NCBI GenBank assembly: GCA_035532075.1
Contig: DATKRV010000028.1
Location: 12,286-76,285 of the forward strand
DNA length: 64,000 bases
Reading direction: 5' to 3'
Source: Acidimicrobiales bacterium
GTDB lineage: Bacteria; Actinomycetota; Acidimicrobiia; Acidimicrobiales; Bog-793
Shown here: in pieces, positions 62,748-64,000 of the stretch
Layout: every line of letters begins with the position of its first letter
Position numbering within the stretch: position 1 is the stretch's first letter
Notes under the pieces: model-generated
Database searches by the model: none
The model's input: the letters and a program-made list of their open reading frames with translations, nothing else
What the model was told of the DNA's origin: nothing
Translations under genes and position numbers: made by a program

Positions 62748-63674
62748 GTGGAGACGCGCAAGATTGGATCGCTCGAAGTTTCAGTAGTCGGTCTCGGTAC
62801 GAATAACTTCGGTAGTCGCCTGGACGAGAGGGCGACCGCGCAGGTGCTTGACGGCGCCCTCGACTTCGGCGTTAACTTCATCGATACTGCGGATGTTTAT
62901 GGCGCGACACAGAGCGAGACCTTCATTGGCAATCTGCTCGGAGCTCGCCGATCGAAGGTCGTGCTTGCAACGAAGTTCGGGATGCCAGTCGGTGGATTTC
63001 CTGCAGGAGGAAGTCCGAGTTACGTGCGCCAAGCGCTTGATGCGTCGCTTGGTCGTCTCAAGACCGAATACATCGATCTCTATATCTACCATCGTCCCGA
63101 TCCCGATACTCCGATTGGTGAGACGCTCGCGGCCCTTGACGAGGCTGTACGTGAGGGAAAGGTGCGCGAGATTGGCTGTTCAAACTTTTCAGTCGAACAG
63201 TTGAGAGAGGCCGAGGCGAAAACGCGCGAAGGAGCCGCTCGTTTTGTCAATCTGCAGAACAACTACAGTCTCTTGCATCGCGAACCCGAAGCGGGAGTGC
63301 TTGGCGAATGCGTCCGACAGTCAATCGGTTTTGTTCCCTTTTGGCCACTTGCCGCAGGTCTTTTGACGGGGAAGTACCGTAAAGGTGCACCAGTCCCCGG
63401 AGGAACGCGCATCGCCAAGATGACAGATGAACGTCGCCAAGATGCACTGAGCGAGCACAACCTTGAAATTGTCGAACAGCTCATCGCATTTGCGAAGGGA
63501 CAAGGTCACTCGTTGCTTGATCTCGCGTTTTCGTGGCTGCTCTCTCAACCATCGGTGGTCTCCGTTATTGCCGGTGCATCGAACCGCGAGCAGATGAAGG
63601 CAAATGCGGAGTCAGTGCCGTGGGAGATGACCAGTGACGAACTCGAAATGGTGGATAGGATTTTGGCGGCGTGA
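62748..63674 (+). CDS. Aldo/keto reductase
   Basis: GLGTNNFG, FIDTADVYG, IDLYIYHRPD and IGCSNF motifs; GTG start. Confidence 0.85.
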   Translation: METRKIGSLEVSVVGLGTNNFGSRLDERATAQVLDGALDFGVNFIDTADVYGATQSETFIGNLLGARRSKVVLATKFGMPVGGFPAGGSPSYVRQALDASLGRLKTEYIDLYIYHRPDPDTPIGETLAALDEAVREGKVREIGCSNFSVEQLREAEAKTREGAARFVNLQNNYSLLHREPEAGVLGECVRQSIGFVPFWPLAAGLLTGKYRKGAPVPGGTRIAKMTDERRQDALSEHNLEIVEQLIAFAKGQGHSLLDLAFSWLLSQPSVVSVIAGASNREQMKANAESVPWEMTSDELEMVDRILAA

Positions 63675-64000
63675 GTCCTTTCCATCGCAACTTGATCCCA
63701 TCGGCTCTCGTCATTTTGCCGGAAATCGTATGGGCCTGACCTGAATAGCGTTTCGGTCGAAGCCCCTTTTTGTCTTTGAGTGTAGAAATTCCGAGAACAC
63801 CAATCCATTTCCAACTGTCGTGTCGATGGAGACTCTCGTTTGGCAGTCGCAGAGTCATTGCATCTTGGAGGCTTTCTAAGCCGAACTTACGGCTCCTCTA
63901 CCCCCCGATTCATCCCCTGAGCAGGAGATTGCTCATCATTTGGGGTCGATGATGTAGACACGAGTATGCGTGCAATCACGAGAATGGTATGCGATAATTA

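Overview
This looks like a moderately high-GC Actinomycetota chromosome segment. The phylum call is an inference from crgA, the fhaA-fhaB-pstP-pbpA-pknB operon, a PAC2 protein, an acyl-CoA carboxylase epsilon subunit and leaderless-type promoters. The window has three parts. (1) 1-18.75 kb is core: the clpB 3' part, a contiguous purine operon (purA-purD-purB-purC-purS-purQ-purL), a DUF1003 membrane protein, an IS256-type transposase remnant, crgA, trpG/pabA and the FHA/PP2C/PBP/PASTA-kinase division cluster, ending at tRNA-Leu(CAG). (2) About 18.75-42.3 kb is accessory and mosaic. A visibly AT-richer island sits directly 3' of tRNA-Leu. It carries a DDE-transposase-like gene, a divergent tyrosine-recombinase-like gene and XRE regulators. 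It also carries a four-gene same-strand block: an SPPY amino-methyltransferase, an orphan 230-aa protein, a McrB that lacks a reader domain, and McrC. Next comes a GC-richer patchwork (AraC+VOC, ArsR+SRPBCC, GntR+ABC, CHASE-GGDEF-EAL, PNPOx, RidA) full of decay marks: two integrase 3' remnants, an in-frame TAG, an in-frame TGA, a frameshifted membrane gene with a 3 x 14-bp tandem repeat, and an MFS gene with no canonical start. (3) 42.3-64 kb is core: accE-carboxyltransferase, recR-ybaB-dnaX, SRP RNA, two tRNA-Ser, tadA, pyrE, two cyclophilins, ask-asd, proS and others. The best candidate for something new is the methyltransferase/orphan/McrBC operon. No CRISPR array or rRNA was seen. All calls come from reading the sequence and the ORF track by eye; no searches or computations were run.
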